Below are positions 39,200 through 50,879 of a stretch of DNA of 64,000 nt, piece after piece (positions within the stretch are counted from its first letter, which is position 1; each line of letters starts with the position of its first letter). Source of the stretch: Isurus oxyrinchus (Eukaryota). Below the pieces are notes generated by a model. That model was not told where the DNA came from and ran no database searches. It worked only from the letters and a program-made list of their open reading frames with translations. The stretch covers positions 54,250,001 to 54,314,000 of the forward strand of contig JANJGN010000002.1 in NCBI GenBank assembly GCA_026770705.1, read 5' to 3'. A program made the position numbers and the translations under genes.

Positions 39200-40338
39200 A
39201 AAGATAGTGTTGGAAAATCAATAGGTACATGCTTCCTTAATTAGAAAGCTATCAACGTGCAACTCTTTGGGTGCAAAAGTAACAAAAGTGCAACACTAAC
39301 CTACATCCTTTACTGATAACATACCTAGACAACCATCTATAATCCAGAATTACACCTGAGCTTTCCAAGCTAAAGAACTTTGAGTGTTTTCTCAACATCA
39401 TGAAGATATATGTTCTCTGGAAACTGACTTCGGAAAATGGAAACTTCAACCAAACACTGTCAAGGCTGTTGTTTCAGCCTTCTACCTGAACAACTCGAAA
39501 GCCAGGGAAGAACTTCACGTCCAATTCTGTGCCAACCACTCAATGCCAAAATATCTTGGCATCACTCTTGACCATAAATTGAACTATTAGCAACACCTCC
39601 AGAACACTGGGGCCAAGGTTAATACAAGAGTGAATCTCATACGGTAACTGGCAGGTACCACCTGGGGCTGCAGAGCCAATGCTCTACACACTGCTTCATT
39701 CAACCTGGTCTAACCAATATCAGACTATTGGTACTCAACCTGGCTCTAAAGCCACCAAACAAACATGGCAGATAATCTCCATAGCTTTCCAGGGGTGGTT
39801 ATTTCTGGGGCATTGAGACCAACACAACTCGAGTGACCGCCTGTGCTAGAGACATTGAACCTCCTGACGTCCACAGTGAAAAACATTCTCTTCAAAGAAC
39901 ACCATTGGCTGACGGCTAACAAAGCACTCCCATTGACACAGGGCCTTAAAAAACCCACATATTCATCTGAAATCCCATAGTCCCTACTAGAACACACTCT
40001 GTAATCTACAAACTGCCCCACCTCTTGATGGCACACTTCCTGGTTGACTAAAAACATCACCAATGCCAACCTGGTAATTGACTCAGGTGAAGACCCAGGT
40101 TTCAATCTTCCACAGAAATTCTGAACAACCCTCAATCAATTGAGCACAAGCCACAGTGGAACATGAGGAACAGCTCAAATAAGCAAGACCAACACCCACA
40201 TACTGAACTTGCGTCCTCAGAGGTCCATTCCTGGTGGCATCACAACAATTCACACTGCATCAGCTGGAGCAGTTGAATGGATTGTTAACCTCAACATCAA
40301 ACTATTACAGCTTTCTCAGCCAGAAGAATAAAAAAAAG
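39200..40338 (+). mobile_element. Vingi/Ingi-type non-LTR retrotransposon 3' relic
   Basis: FGKWKLQPN..SAFYLNNSKAREELHV..PKYLGITLDHKLNY, then HLQNTGAKVNTRVNLIR*LAGTTWGCRANALHT. A-rich 3' end at ~40325. Confidence 0.7.
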
Positions 40339-40879
40339 ACCTGAGGCTTTGTCTAATCACCAAGTAATCCCTAATGTGCTGCAGCACAATGATTTGAGAA
40401 GAACTTGACTTTTTGCCACAGATTTGACAATGTACGGTACATAGTTGTCCACCAAATAGATTTAAAAAGCAACAGGGTCCTCTCCTCAGGTCTTTCATTT
40501 ATATCAAGGGCAAAGCAAAGCTGTGAGAGACTGCATACCAGGATCCTTGATATGATTAACAATAATAACTTAATAGCTCCATCTCCTGATACCAAATAAA
40601 TGATATTAAGTTATCTGGTTACCTATTTTAAATATGCAAACAATCCAGATTAAGTAATGTCTCTCAACAATGACAATCTGTCTTTGCAGTTTGTAAACCA
40701 AATTGCAAAGTATGTCCTCCCCAACATGCAGAAAACAAATCAATAGATACAGACAGACAGAAAATTTGGGAGATTCTCAGTCAGTTGCCATAAATATTAA
40801 AAATTTTAAGAAAATCTGCTACATTTTTAATGTCTATCACAATTACCTTCTACAGCAATTCTGCAGCATTGACCAGAAA

Positions 40880-41040
40880 CATGGAACTCCCTCCATTACA
40901 GCACTGTGGATGTACCCAAGCCACATGGACTGCAACATTCAAGAATACAGCTCACCACAACCTTAAGGGCAATTAGAGATGGGCAACATACGTTGGCCTT
41001 GTCAGAGATGCTCACATCCCATGAACAAATAATAAAAAGC
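40880..41040 (+). mobile_element. Zenon-like LINE 3' tail
   Basis: ggaactccctcc..aagggcaattagagatgggcaac..cacatcccatgaac. Confidence 0.8.
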
Positions 41041-41129
41041 ATTTATTCCAATTACATTCAGAATGACAATCTTTCGCTCAACATAAAGCACAGTCGGGTA
41101 GTACAGAACTTAAGAAGTGCTAAGAAAAA

Positions 41130-41472
41130 GAGACTTCAATTGACAAAGCTTTTCCTCTTGCGCACATCAGGACAATTTGCAAGAAAATGCCAACGCCAGG
41201 AGAAACAGCAAATTTATACTGTATGAGAAGATGATGCTGATTGGTTGGCAAGTGGACTCTGATAGAGGTGTTAGTATGTAAAATGCTCCAACTCATGCTG
41301 ACAGTTAACTGCTAAGCTTGCTTGAAACTTAAGCCAGGTGTTCTGTTGAAGGGTCATGAGGACTCGAAACATCAACTGTGCTCTTCTCCGCCAATGCTGC
41401 CAGACCTGCTGAGTTTTTCCAGGTATTTCTGTTTCTGTTTTAGCTTGGCCCTGAATGATCATTGGCATTCTC
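41130..41472 (-). mobile_element. Penelope-like terminal fragment, family 2, interrupted at 41338-41441 by a family-1 pLTR piece (+)
   Basis: The reverse complement aligns by eye with 56560-56800 on both sides of the insert (aaacttaagccagg | agcttggccctga). Confidence 0.6.
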
Positions 41473-41975
41473 CCACCACCCCACCCCTGCTGCCCCACCC
41501 CTGCTGCCACAGAGCCATTGGCGGTGGGGAGGGACAAGGCTACGGGGCGGCAGGGCCACAGGGCGGCAAGGAGAGGCAGGTGCGGCAGGAGGTAGCGGAC
41601 GGAGAGAGGCAACAGACGGGGGGCAGGGAAACACGGGAAGGAGAAGGAGTGTGAGACGGGTGGGGGGGGGGGGGGTTATGGGATGGGGGAGTGGAAGGGA
41701 AGGTGCAGTGAGGCAGGGGGTGGAGGGGAAGAAGCGGGGTGATGGGGCAGATGGGGCAGAGGGTTGGGGCAGGTGACGGGGTGAGGTGAGGGGGGGGGGG
41801 GTTAGGCAACAATGCGAAGGGGAGAAGGGACAAATTGAAGGGGGAATATGGGATGCTGAAGAAAGGAGAGATGGTGCAAGGGTGAAAGGAAGGAGGTAGG
41901 GAGGTGAAGGAGAGATGAAGGTGTGCAGGATTTGGATACAGGTGGTGAAGCACAGGGAGATTGGGAGATCGCTCA
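41473..41975 (+). repeat. G-rich degenerate minisatellite / low-complexity tract
   Basis: Repeated ggggca/ggcggcag/gggg motifs, with G-runs up to about 15. Confidence 0.65.
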
Positions 41976-42084
41976 CCCCGTCCCAAATCACTGAACTGTA
42001 GCATTCCACTTTGTTGAACAACTGAACAAAACATGCCCACATCAAGAGTGTCAATTAGGAAGTTTTCATTTCTGTTGGCTAAAG

Positions 42085-43580
42085 GCACTGGGTAAAGCAA
42101 AGGGTATGGACTCTAATAATCTCTGGCAATCGTACTGAAGACGTTTGCTCCAGATCTAGCCACACCCGTAGCCAACCTGCTCGAGTGCAGCTACAACACA
42201 AGCAACTACCCAGCTATGTGGAAAATTGCCCTGGCATGTCCTGTTCATAAAAAGCAGGACAAAGTCAATCTGGATTACCACCACAGCAATCATTAACAAA
42301 GCGATGGCAAGTGTTGAATGCTATCAAGCAACACTTATGCACCAATACCCTACTCAAAGATGCTCGGATTGGGTTCCACAGGGCCACTCGTCTCCTGACC
42401 TCATGAATGCCTTTGTCTAAACATGGACAAAAGAGCTGATTTCAAGAGGTAGGAAAGCAACAGCCCTCAACATCAAGACAGCATTTAACTGAGTAAAGCA
42501 TCAAGGAACCCTGGCAAAATTGAAGTCAATGAGAATCAGGTTGAAACTCACCACAGTTTGAGTCATACCCCAGCACAAAGGAAGATGGCTGTGATTGTTG
42601 GAGACCAAACATCTCAGATCCAAGACATCATACTGCAGGAGTTCCTCAGGGTAGTATCCTAGGCTCAACCATCTTCAGTTGCTTCATCAATGATGACTTT
42701 TCCTCCATCGCAAGAAGTGGGGATATTTGCTGATGTTTGCACAATGTTCGCAACTCCTCAACTAGTTACTGAGTCAGTCCATGCCCAAATGCAGCAAGAC
42801 CTGGACAATATTCAGGCATGGGCTGATAAATGGTGAGGTACACCCATGCCACACAAGTGTCAGATATTGACCATATGCAACAAGAGAATCTAACCATCTC
42901 CCTTTGACATTCAATTGGCATTACCGTCATTGAATCCATCACCATTAACTTCCTGGGGGGTCACCATTGACCAGGAACTTAACTACACCAGGCACATAAA
43001 CACAGTGGCTACAAGAACAGGTCAAAGGTTGGAAATCCTGCAGCAACTCATGATTCCTCAAAGCCTGTCCACTATCTACAAGACACAAGTCAGAAGTGTG
43101 ATGGAATACTCTCCTCTTGCCTAGATGAGTGCAGCTTCAACAAAAAGCTCTACACCATCCAGGACAAAGCAGCCCACTTGATCAGCACCCCATCCACCAC
43201 AATATTAACTCCCTCCATAACTGGTGCAGTGGTAGCAGCATGTACCATATACAAAATGCAGCAACTCACCAAACCTCCTTGAACAGCACCTTTCAAACCT
43301 GCCATCTCTAGCACCTAAAGGAACATGGGCAAATGCATGGGAACAACACCACCTACAAGTTCCCCTCCACGCCATTCACCATCCTGACTTACAACTAAAA
43401 TTGCCATTCTTTCACTGGCACAGGGTCAAAAATCTAGAACTTCCTTCCTAACAGCACTGTGGGTGTACCTACACCAGATGGGCTGCAGTGGTTCAAGAAG
43501 GCAGCTCCACCACCTTCTCAAAGGCAAGTAAGGATGGGCAAGAAATACTGGCATTACCAATGATGCTCACATCCAGTTAA
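42085..43580 (+). mobile_element. Zenon-like LINE RT and 3' tail relic
   Basis: LNIKTAFN, GVPQGSILG, FADV, TIYKTQVRSVMEYSPLA and the family tail. Confidence 0.85.
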
Positions 43581-43639
43581 TAACAAAGTTAGTTCAGTAC
43601 TATACCAGTGGATTTGCAGATTATTTGGCAACACAAATG

Positions 43640-44945
43640 TTGAAAAATAATGCAAGGTTTTTGTTTTATAAATGGATTCAATGAGCAACAAAGCAAGGAA
43701 GTCAAATGTAACCTTTATAAAGCGCTGGTTAGAACTCAACTAGTGTCTGATTCTGGGCACAACACTTAAGAAAGGACACAAAGGCTTTGGAACAGGTACA
43801 GAGAATGGTAACAAGGGTGAGGGGTTTCAGCCATCTGGAGATCTAGTTCTGGAGTATTCTCCTTAGAACAGAAAAGGGTAAATTTAATAGAGGTGCTCAA
43901 AATTATGAGCAGTTTTGATACAGTAGATAGGGGGAAAGTGGAAAAATCAGAAATTGATAAACAGGCTGGATCTCTTCTTAGAAAAAGGCGGAGAGGTGAT
44001 GCAATACAGCTCTTTAACAATATGAAAGGTTTTGATGAAGTAGACACAGAAGGGTTCCACTTGTGGAAAAGAGCAAAACCAAAGGCCATCAATATTAGAC
44101 AGTGGCCAGGAAATCAAAAAGGGCATTCGAAAGCAACTTCTTTACTTAAAAGGTGGCACGAATGTGGAACTCACTACCACAAGGAATGGTTGAAGCAAAC
44201 AGTATAGATGCATTTAAGGGGAATCTACATAAGTATGTGAGGAAGAGGAGAATAGAGGGTTATGCTGATAGTTAGATGAGGAAGGATGGGAGGAGGCTCA
44301 AGTGGAGCATAAACACATTCAGGCCAGCTGACCGAATGGCCTGTTTATTTAGTTTATTCTATGTAATTCAATGAAAAAACTGGCTGGAGGGTCAGAACTG
44401 TGGAAGACATTTAAAATAATTGGTAAAACAAACCCAAAGGGGAGATGAGGAGAATTTTTTTACTCAAAGTTGTGATCCAAGTCTCATCTTTATTTTCAAA
44501 TCCATATCTCTACCTCCAGCCCTACAAGCTTTTGAGATCTTTCAGCTTCATCAATTCTGGCCTTTTGCACATCCATGATTTTAATCGTTCTACCTTTCCT
44601 TCACCTGTTTAGGCCACAAGCTCAGCTATTCCTTTACTAAAACCCTCCATCTTCTGTAAGATACTCCTTAAAAAACTACCTCTTTGATCAAGATTTTGGT
44701 CATCTGTCCTGATAGCTCTTCCATGGTTCAATGTCAAATTTTGTTTGATATGGAAGTTGTTGTTGTTGATAGCACATGCACTGCCTGAAAAGGTGATGGA
44801 AGCAGATTCAATAGTAACATTCAAAAAGGAATTGGATTTCCATTTAAAAAGAAAAAATCTGCAGAGCTATGCACAAAAGCAGGGGTCTCGTATTATTTAG
44901 TAACTCTTTCAGAGTGCTAGCGCTGGCATGATGGGCACACGACTC
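43640..44945 (+). mobile_element. CR1 3' region carrying a nested second CR1 3' end (43950-44370) and an L2 tail (44480-44760)
   Basis: The outer CR1 sequence resumes at ~44380 and ~44775 (atgcactgcctgaaaaggtgatggaagcagattc). Confidence 0.7.
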
Positions 44946-46377
44946 ATTTCACTGAGGGGATGGTATATGGAACAAAGAAAGCCATAGAACAGGTACAAGA
45001 CTTGTTTTATATTATACAGTGAGAAGGAAATGTAAATGTCAGTGCACAAGTAGGGCTGACTAGTGTCAAGGCACACTTTTGTAGGTGTTGACCAAACAAA
45101 TGCTTAGCTTTTGTGGAATTCAGTACCAAACAATCTTCTAAGTAGCTATGTCAATGTGACTAATCTAGTAAACTAAGTACTTGCACTAACAGAGCTCTAG
45201 GTCTAGGAGGAGCCCGAGAGTTAATTACTTTTCATTTTAAAAAAAGTGGTTCCACGACAGTTTTGAGAGCTAAATTTAGTTCCTGTTCACATATTATCTG
45301 AAATATATTGTAATTATGCGAAGCTAATCTTTTCTATTGCAACCTGCTTCTTTATTATTTAATTGGAGTCTAGCTCACTTTGGAACTTCACTCTGAACCT
45401 GACTAATTCAGTGCCATATCTATTCTGCTACATGTGGGAAACCATGGTTATGCCAACAGGATTCACAGACATGCAGAACATATTTCATATCATTATTAAT
45501 TTTCATGGTTTTTACTGCTCAGCAGATTTAAAATTACCATGATACAGAGTGCAGCAAACAACTTGCCTATTTAAATGTACAAATTAGGATCTAACCCTAA
45601 GCTTCCACATGGTATGTGCAAACTGCCTCATTAGTTAGCAGTTTCAGATCAGAAAGAAACTCTTAGACCTAGATAATTCCTTAAACTATCAGTGGATTGA
45701 AAGAAAAATAGGTGGCTAATAATATGCAAAGTCCTGAAGACTATTTTGCTGGTTTTGGTTTCAACCATTCTGTCTGCCCAGTTGCAAGCTTCTAGGCTTA
45801 TCTTGCAACAACCTTAAAGCAATTCTGATAAGAATTTTGCCAATGCAATATCCTTTGAACAAGTGCAGTAGTAAAGTCACTACTCAAAATTATCAATGTT
45901 TGATAGACAGCTGTGAATTGCTTTCTCTTCCCATCAACGGTTAGTTTTGAAATCTGAATTCTTAAGCACTGCTATATTAGTTCAAAGCCTAAACTCCAAT
46001 TAACTTCTATTTGTGCACTGATCACGGAATATCTTGCTTCCAAGCATGATTTAATTTCCATTTCACCTGCTGAGGAAAAGCAAGTTACCAAACAAACAAA
46101 TAGAATAACAGCAACTACAACCAATTGCCATTAAAAGTCACCCTTTTGTTCTCCAGAACACTCCTCATTGAATTGCCATTAAAATCTAGGATCTCTTCAG
46201 CAAAAGAAGATTTTAAATCCAAAGTGTAGCAACACAATGAAAATTAGTTGGTCGACAACTTGTAGCAGTGCATGTGCTGGGGTTTGGTTGGCAGCCAGTT
46301 GCCAGTGGAGTGCCACAAGGTTGAGTGCTGAGTTACTGTTGGTTATAATTTTTAGAAATGATATAGAAAAAGGCACT

Positions 46378-47471
46378 TGGATGCAGGGTAATGTGGCAAA
46401 TTGGATAAAAGGTTGGCTTTGTAACAGGAAACAAAGGGTAATGGTCGATGGATGCCCTTGGAAATGGAAAGTTGGCTCAAGTGATGTTCCACAGGGCTCG
46501 GTGTTGGGACCCATGCTGTTTGTGTTATATATATTAATGATTTGGACGTGAACATGGGGGACATGATTGGGAAATCTGCAGATGACACAAAGATTGGCCA
46601 AGTAGTGGATAGTGTAGAGGATAGCCATAATCTCCAAAACGATATAGATGGGTTGGCGGAGTGGGCGGTAAAGTGGCAGATGGATTTTAACATAGAGAAG
46701 AGTGAGAGTCATACATTTAGGGAGGTCAGTTACAGGGATTACACAATAAATGGGAATATACTAACAGGGGTAGATGAAGTGAGAGATCTTGGCGTACAAG
46801 TACACAGGTCCATGAAGGCAGCAGTTCAAGTGGACAAGGTTGTAAAGAAGGCAGAGGTATAGAATATAAAAGTAAGGATATAAATGTTGGAATTGTATAA
46901 AACACTGGTGAGGCCACAACTGGAGTATTGTGTGCAGTTCTGGTCACCACATTACAGGAAGGACGTAATAGCTCTGGAGAGAGTGTAGAGGAGGTTTACA
47001 AGAATGTTGCCAGGGTTAGAAAAGTGTAGCTACGAGGAGAGATTTGAGAGGTTGGGGTTATTTTCCTTAGAACAAAGGCGGCTGAGAGGTGACTTGATTG
47101 AAGTGTACAAAATTATGAGGGGAATAGATAGAGTGGACAGGATAAAATTGTTTCCCTTGGTGGAGAATTCTAGAACCAGGGGACATAGATTCAAGATAAA
47201 TGGCAGAAGGTGTAGGGGGGACATGAGGAAGAACTTTTATACACAGAGGGTGGTGGGTGTCTGGAATTCACTGCCCAAGTTGGTGGTAGTGGCAGAAACT
47301 CTAAACTCTTTTAAAAGTACTTGGATCTGCACCTTAAGTGCTGTAAGCTGCAGGGCTATGGGCCAGGTGCAGGAAGGTGGGATTCGAAAGGGCACCTGCG
47401 TGTCCCCGGGCTGGCCTGAACAAGATGGGCCAAATGGCCTCCTTCCGTGCTGTAACTTTTCTATGGTTCTA
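46378..47471 (+). mobile_element. Relatively young 5'-truncated CR1
   Basis: SDVPQGSVLGP, KSADDTKIG, MLPGLEKCSYEERFERLGLFSLEQRRLRGDLIEVYKIM and an intact 3' end ..ctgtaacttttctatggttcta. Confidence 0.9.
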
Positions 47472-47634
47472 AGGAATTGTTCCACTCTTCAAATTTGCAG
47501 AGCACTGCAAACTGGGAGCAGTGGCAAATAGTAGCATGCACTGATTCAAAAGGATCTTGGCAAACTTGATCAGTGCACATAAATGGAGGGTGCAATTTAA
47601 TACACAAACATAAGGTTATGAAATCTGGCAGAAC

Positions 47635-50600
47635 TCGAAAATTTCTTCAACTTTTGGTTCTAACTTCCACACCTTCACATAAAGCATCTTTGACTTTACC
47701 TCCCTCTACTTCCACTTCTGGGGATACACTCTCCATCAATGTCTACTATAAACCCTTATACTTCCACCCACCTCAATTCCAATCTCCCAGTTTCTCCCTC
47801 AGCTGTCTGGACAATGTCATCTTCCAGGTCAGTGCTTCCAAAAGGAATTTGGTTTTCACAAGCCCAAGATTCACCTCCCCATCACTGACAAGGTCCTCAA
47901 ACATGTCCATCCCATTTCACACATTTCTGCCCCTTCCCAGAACGATGATAGGGCTCAGCTTGTCCTGACCTTTCACCCCACCCAGCACCACATTAAACAG
48001 GTCATTCCCCACCATTTTCACTACCTAAAGTGCAATGCCACCACCAAACACACTATCTTCTCTGCATTCCGTCGGGACTACTTCCTCCAAACAGGCTGAT
48101 CCAACCCTCCATCATCCACTTCCCATTTCCCAGCAGCTTCCCATGCAAGCAACACACCTGTCCTTTCACCTCCTCCTTTCCCACCATTCAAGACTCCAAA
48201 CCATCCTTCCAGGTTAAACAGCAATTTATTTCTACAGTAAACTCACAATGAGTCAAATCCCAGAAAAGCCACCTTCAAATTCCAGTAAAGCAAGGCTTCA
48301 TGGTTCCCAAGGAGGTCCAATTTGCCACTTGAGTGAGTCTCTGTGTAACCCAATATGCCCACAAATGCATCTAATACATTACTTTATTTTCATATTCAAA
48401 TGCTAGATAAAAAAAAACACAGTAGAAGAGCGAAAAGATCCTGATTCTGTTTGTTCATGGTTGACATCGTGTAGCCCTAGAAAAAGGCTGAGAGTTGGCC
48501 TTGAGAAAGGCCAGGGTTTAGCTCCAGAATAACTCAATCTTCCTCTGCATAGTGTGCTGTTCTCAGGCGTGCACGATATAGTCTACCATGTCATCAATGC
48601 AGTCAAACATTTTTTCGGTGTTTTCGCTCGACAGTATGAAATCCTGGAGCATCACTACAACCTTCAGGGCATCAGCTAGGAAAGCAAGTGATCAAGGGGG
48701 CATTCATCAGATTCTTCAGGGTCATCACCTTCTTGGCTGGAAAACATACTGCACCTAGGATGGCATCATCTGTCAATTCCAATACGCATCATACAGCATC
48801 ATCCACCTGCACATAAGTTTCCATGGTTGTCTCTGCTAGAAACTCCATACCTTTGATATGTTTTGTCCACTTTCTCGACCCATGCCTCAAAAATGTTGGA
48901 CATCCTTTAGGCAGTTTTATTTGTCTTGTACTGTGTGGGTAGGGCCTCGACTTTGGCAAAACACCATGGCTTCTTGGACTTCCCTATCATGAGAAGCAGC
49001 AGCTTTTTGGTGCATTCATGTTGGTACAGACCATAGCACTGACTCAATCCTTGCTACGCTTTCCACCATTAAGCATGCCCCCTTAAACATCAAACAGCAG
49101 AATGGCAAAGGACACCAAATAGTCAAATTTCATCCACGTTAAAAATATCTCTTTATGCGTACATATTCAAGACTTCAACAAGACCACTTTGGAGCCAAAC
49201 ATCTATCATTGCTGTTGCAATGACAGCACCCACATGACTTACTAAGTGGAAGATGTCGTCTTGCCTTCTCTTGAATCAGTCCAGCCCTCCTTCGTTATAG
49301 GAGAACTCCATATGTCCCAGCTTCTTCACTTGGTAACTCCCCTTTCTTGCAGGTTTGGGCCGGAGATCTGCACAGGCTGCCTTGAGTCACGTTAGCATAT
49401 GTTGTTCAACATAGGGGTTGGTAGTCATTCTCTTCCCCTACCTTGCTAGAGAGAATACTTGTTTGTTAAACTGTTCCATGATGGTCTCCTTGGCTTTCAG
49501 AATGGTGGACAAACTTGATGGTGGAATCTCCCATTCATTCGCAATGTATGCTTTCCATTTCATTGCAGTTTTCCTCTATCAATTTTGCTCTATCAACTTC
49601 ACCTCTCCAATTGACAATACTTTTTACTTTCTCTCAGATTTTGCCATACTCGCATGCTTTGCAAGTAACTTCAGAGAAATTTGAGCGTGCTTAGGTCCAA
49701 CCACTTCATTTTAATTGGTCACATGATCCCCAATTTCAGCATTATTTCTCTTGCAGGCGCCAGACAAAACTTCGGCTAACCCAGATCGGCCACTGTGGAA
49801 TTTCAGCTAAACACGGGCATTTGTTCTATAGCTTTTGCATTCTGCCAGCAGGAACGATTGATAACTTCGACAAAAGTGGAATTGTGTGTCATCAAAGTTT
49901 GACTTATCAAGATTTCATCATACTTCCAACTTAGTTTATTGTATTTCATGCTCCTCTACATGGGAAAGACTAAACACAGATTGAGTCACTGGTTTTCTGA
50001 ATGCCTCTATTCAGCCAGCACATGTGACCCTGAGCTTTCAGTTGCTTGAGACCTCAATTCTCCACCCAACTCCCTGCGCTGATCTCTTTGCTCTTGGCCT
50101 CCTACATTGTCCCTAGAAAGTTCAACACAAGCTCAACAAAGCCATTATTTTATTTGGCACTTTACAGATGACCTACCTTAAATTTTAGACCTTAACTCTT
50201 GCTCACATTCTCTTCAACAGCAGAAAGATAATGGAGGATGGCTGCACTACAGCCACTGAAAGTGAAAGAGATGCTTGGAGTGGTCGACATCCCTGGGGCC
50301 TACCTACCTTACCCTGCTAGGTTCCCATGCTCCTCTCCCTCTCTGCTGTTCTAATGTAACTATTTGCACCTCCACTAGACCCATCCTTTGTTTCTTTATT
50401 TGTCACGGAACTATTTCCTTTTGCCTTACCCATCATCCCTTCTTTCAATTAATCAGTCATGCCCTCCACCCTATCACGAGTGCCTTTGTTCTTGCCCGCA
50501 ACTCCCAACATTTTGCTTAGCTATGTACTTGATCAAACGCTGTTCAATACTAACATGAAAAGTCATCAACCTGAAATGCTAACTCTGGTTCTCTATTCAG

Positions 50601-50640
50601 ATACTGGCTGATCTGTTGGGCATTTTCAGGCTTGTTTTGC
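47635..50640 (+). mobile_element. Penelope-like element relic split by a Tigger/pogo insertion
   Basis: GDTLSINVYYKP, TCPFTSSFPTIQDSKPSFQVKQQFIS|TSNLVYC..LLYMGKTKHRL (GIY-YIG). pLTR at 50370-50640. Confidence 0.8.
48235..49920 (-). mobile_element. Tigger/pogo DNA transposon with a decayed CENP-B/TIGD-like transposase
   Basis: TA on both sides and imperfect ~23-bp TIRs. From ATG 49647(-): IANEWEIPPSSLSTILKAKE (HTH), then DIFNVDE, GGKRSKD and IGKSKKPWCF (DDE N-terminal part). Confidence 0.85.
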
Positions 50641-50879
50641 ACTGCTTCCATGTTCTTTAAAAAGCACAAATAAAGGTTGGAATGTACAGCAAATGATATA
50701 ACATATAACTTCAGAGTGGTCATTTGAAAACTGTATTTAGCCATTGTGAAAGCACACCTGGAATAGAAATTGCAATTTAGGTCTCCCTATTCCAAAAAGG
50801 ATGTTCAGTTATTGGGGGGTGTACAGAGAAGTGTTAGAAATCGGGAACAGTGGGGAGAAGATAATTTGGAGGCCAAGGC

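Larger units (their letters stand above)
46270..50830 (+). mobile_element. Old CR1 RT relic in three pieces (46270-46375, 47472-47630, 50650-50830) hosting nested elements
   Basis: Consecutive motifs SGVPQG, then KFAEHCKLG (KFADDTKLG), then VKAHLE..QFRSPY..KDV. Confidence 0.55.

Noticed and set aside
41271-42100. Pro- or Gly-rich ORFs of 100-200 aa, and similar ones at 59264-60300
   Set aside because: Products of G/C low-complexity tracts.
48400-49647. Host TIGD/CENP-B gene
   Set aside because: Multiple stops and frameshifts, a deleted DDE core, and bounding TIRs with a TA TSD mark it as a transposon relic.
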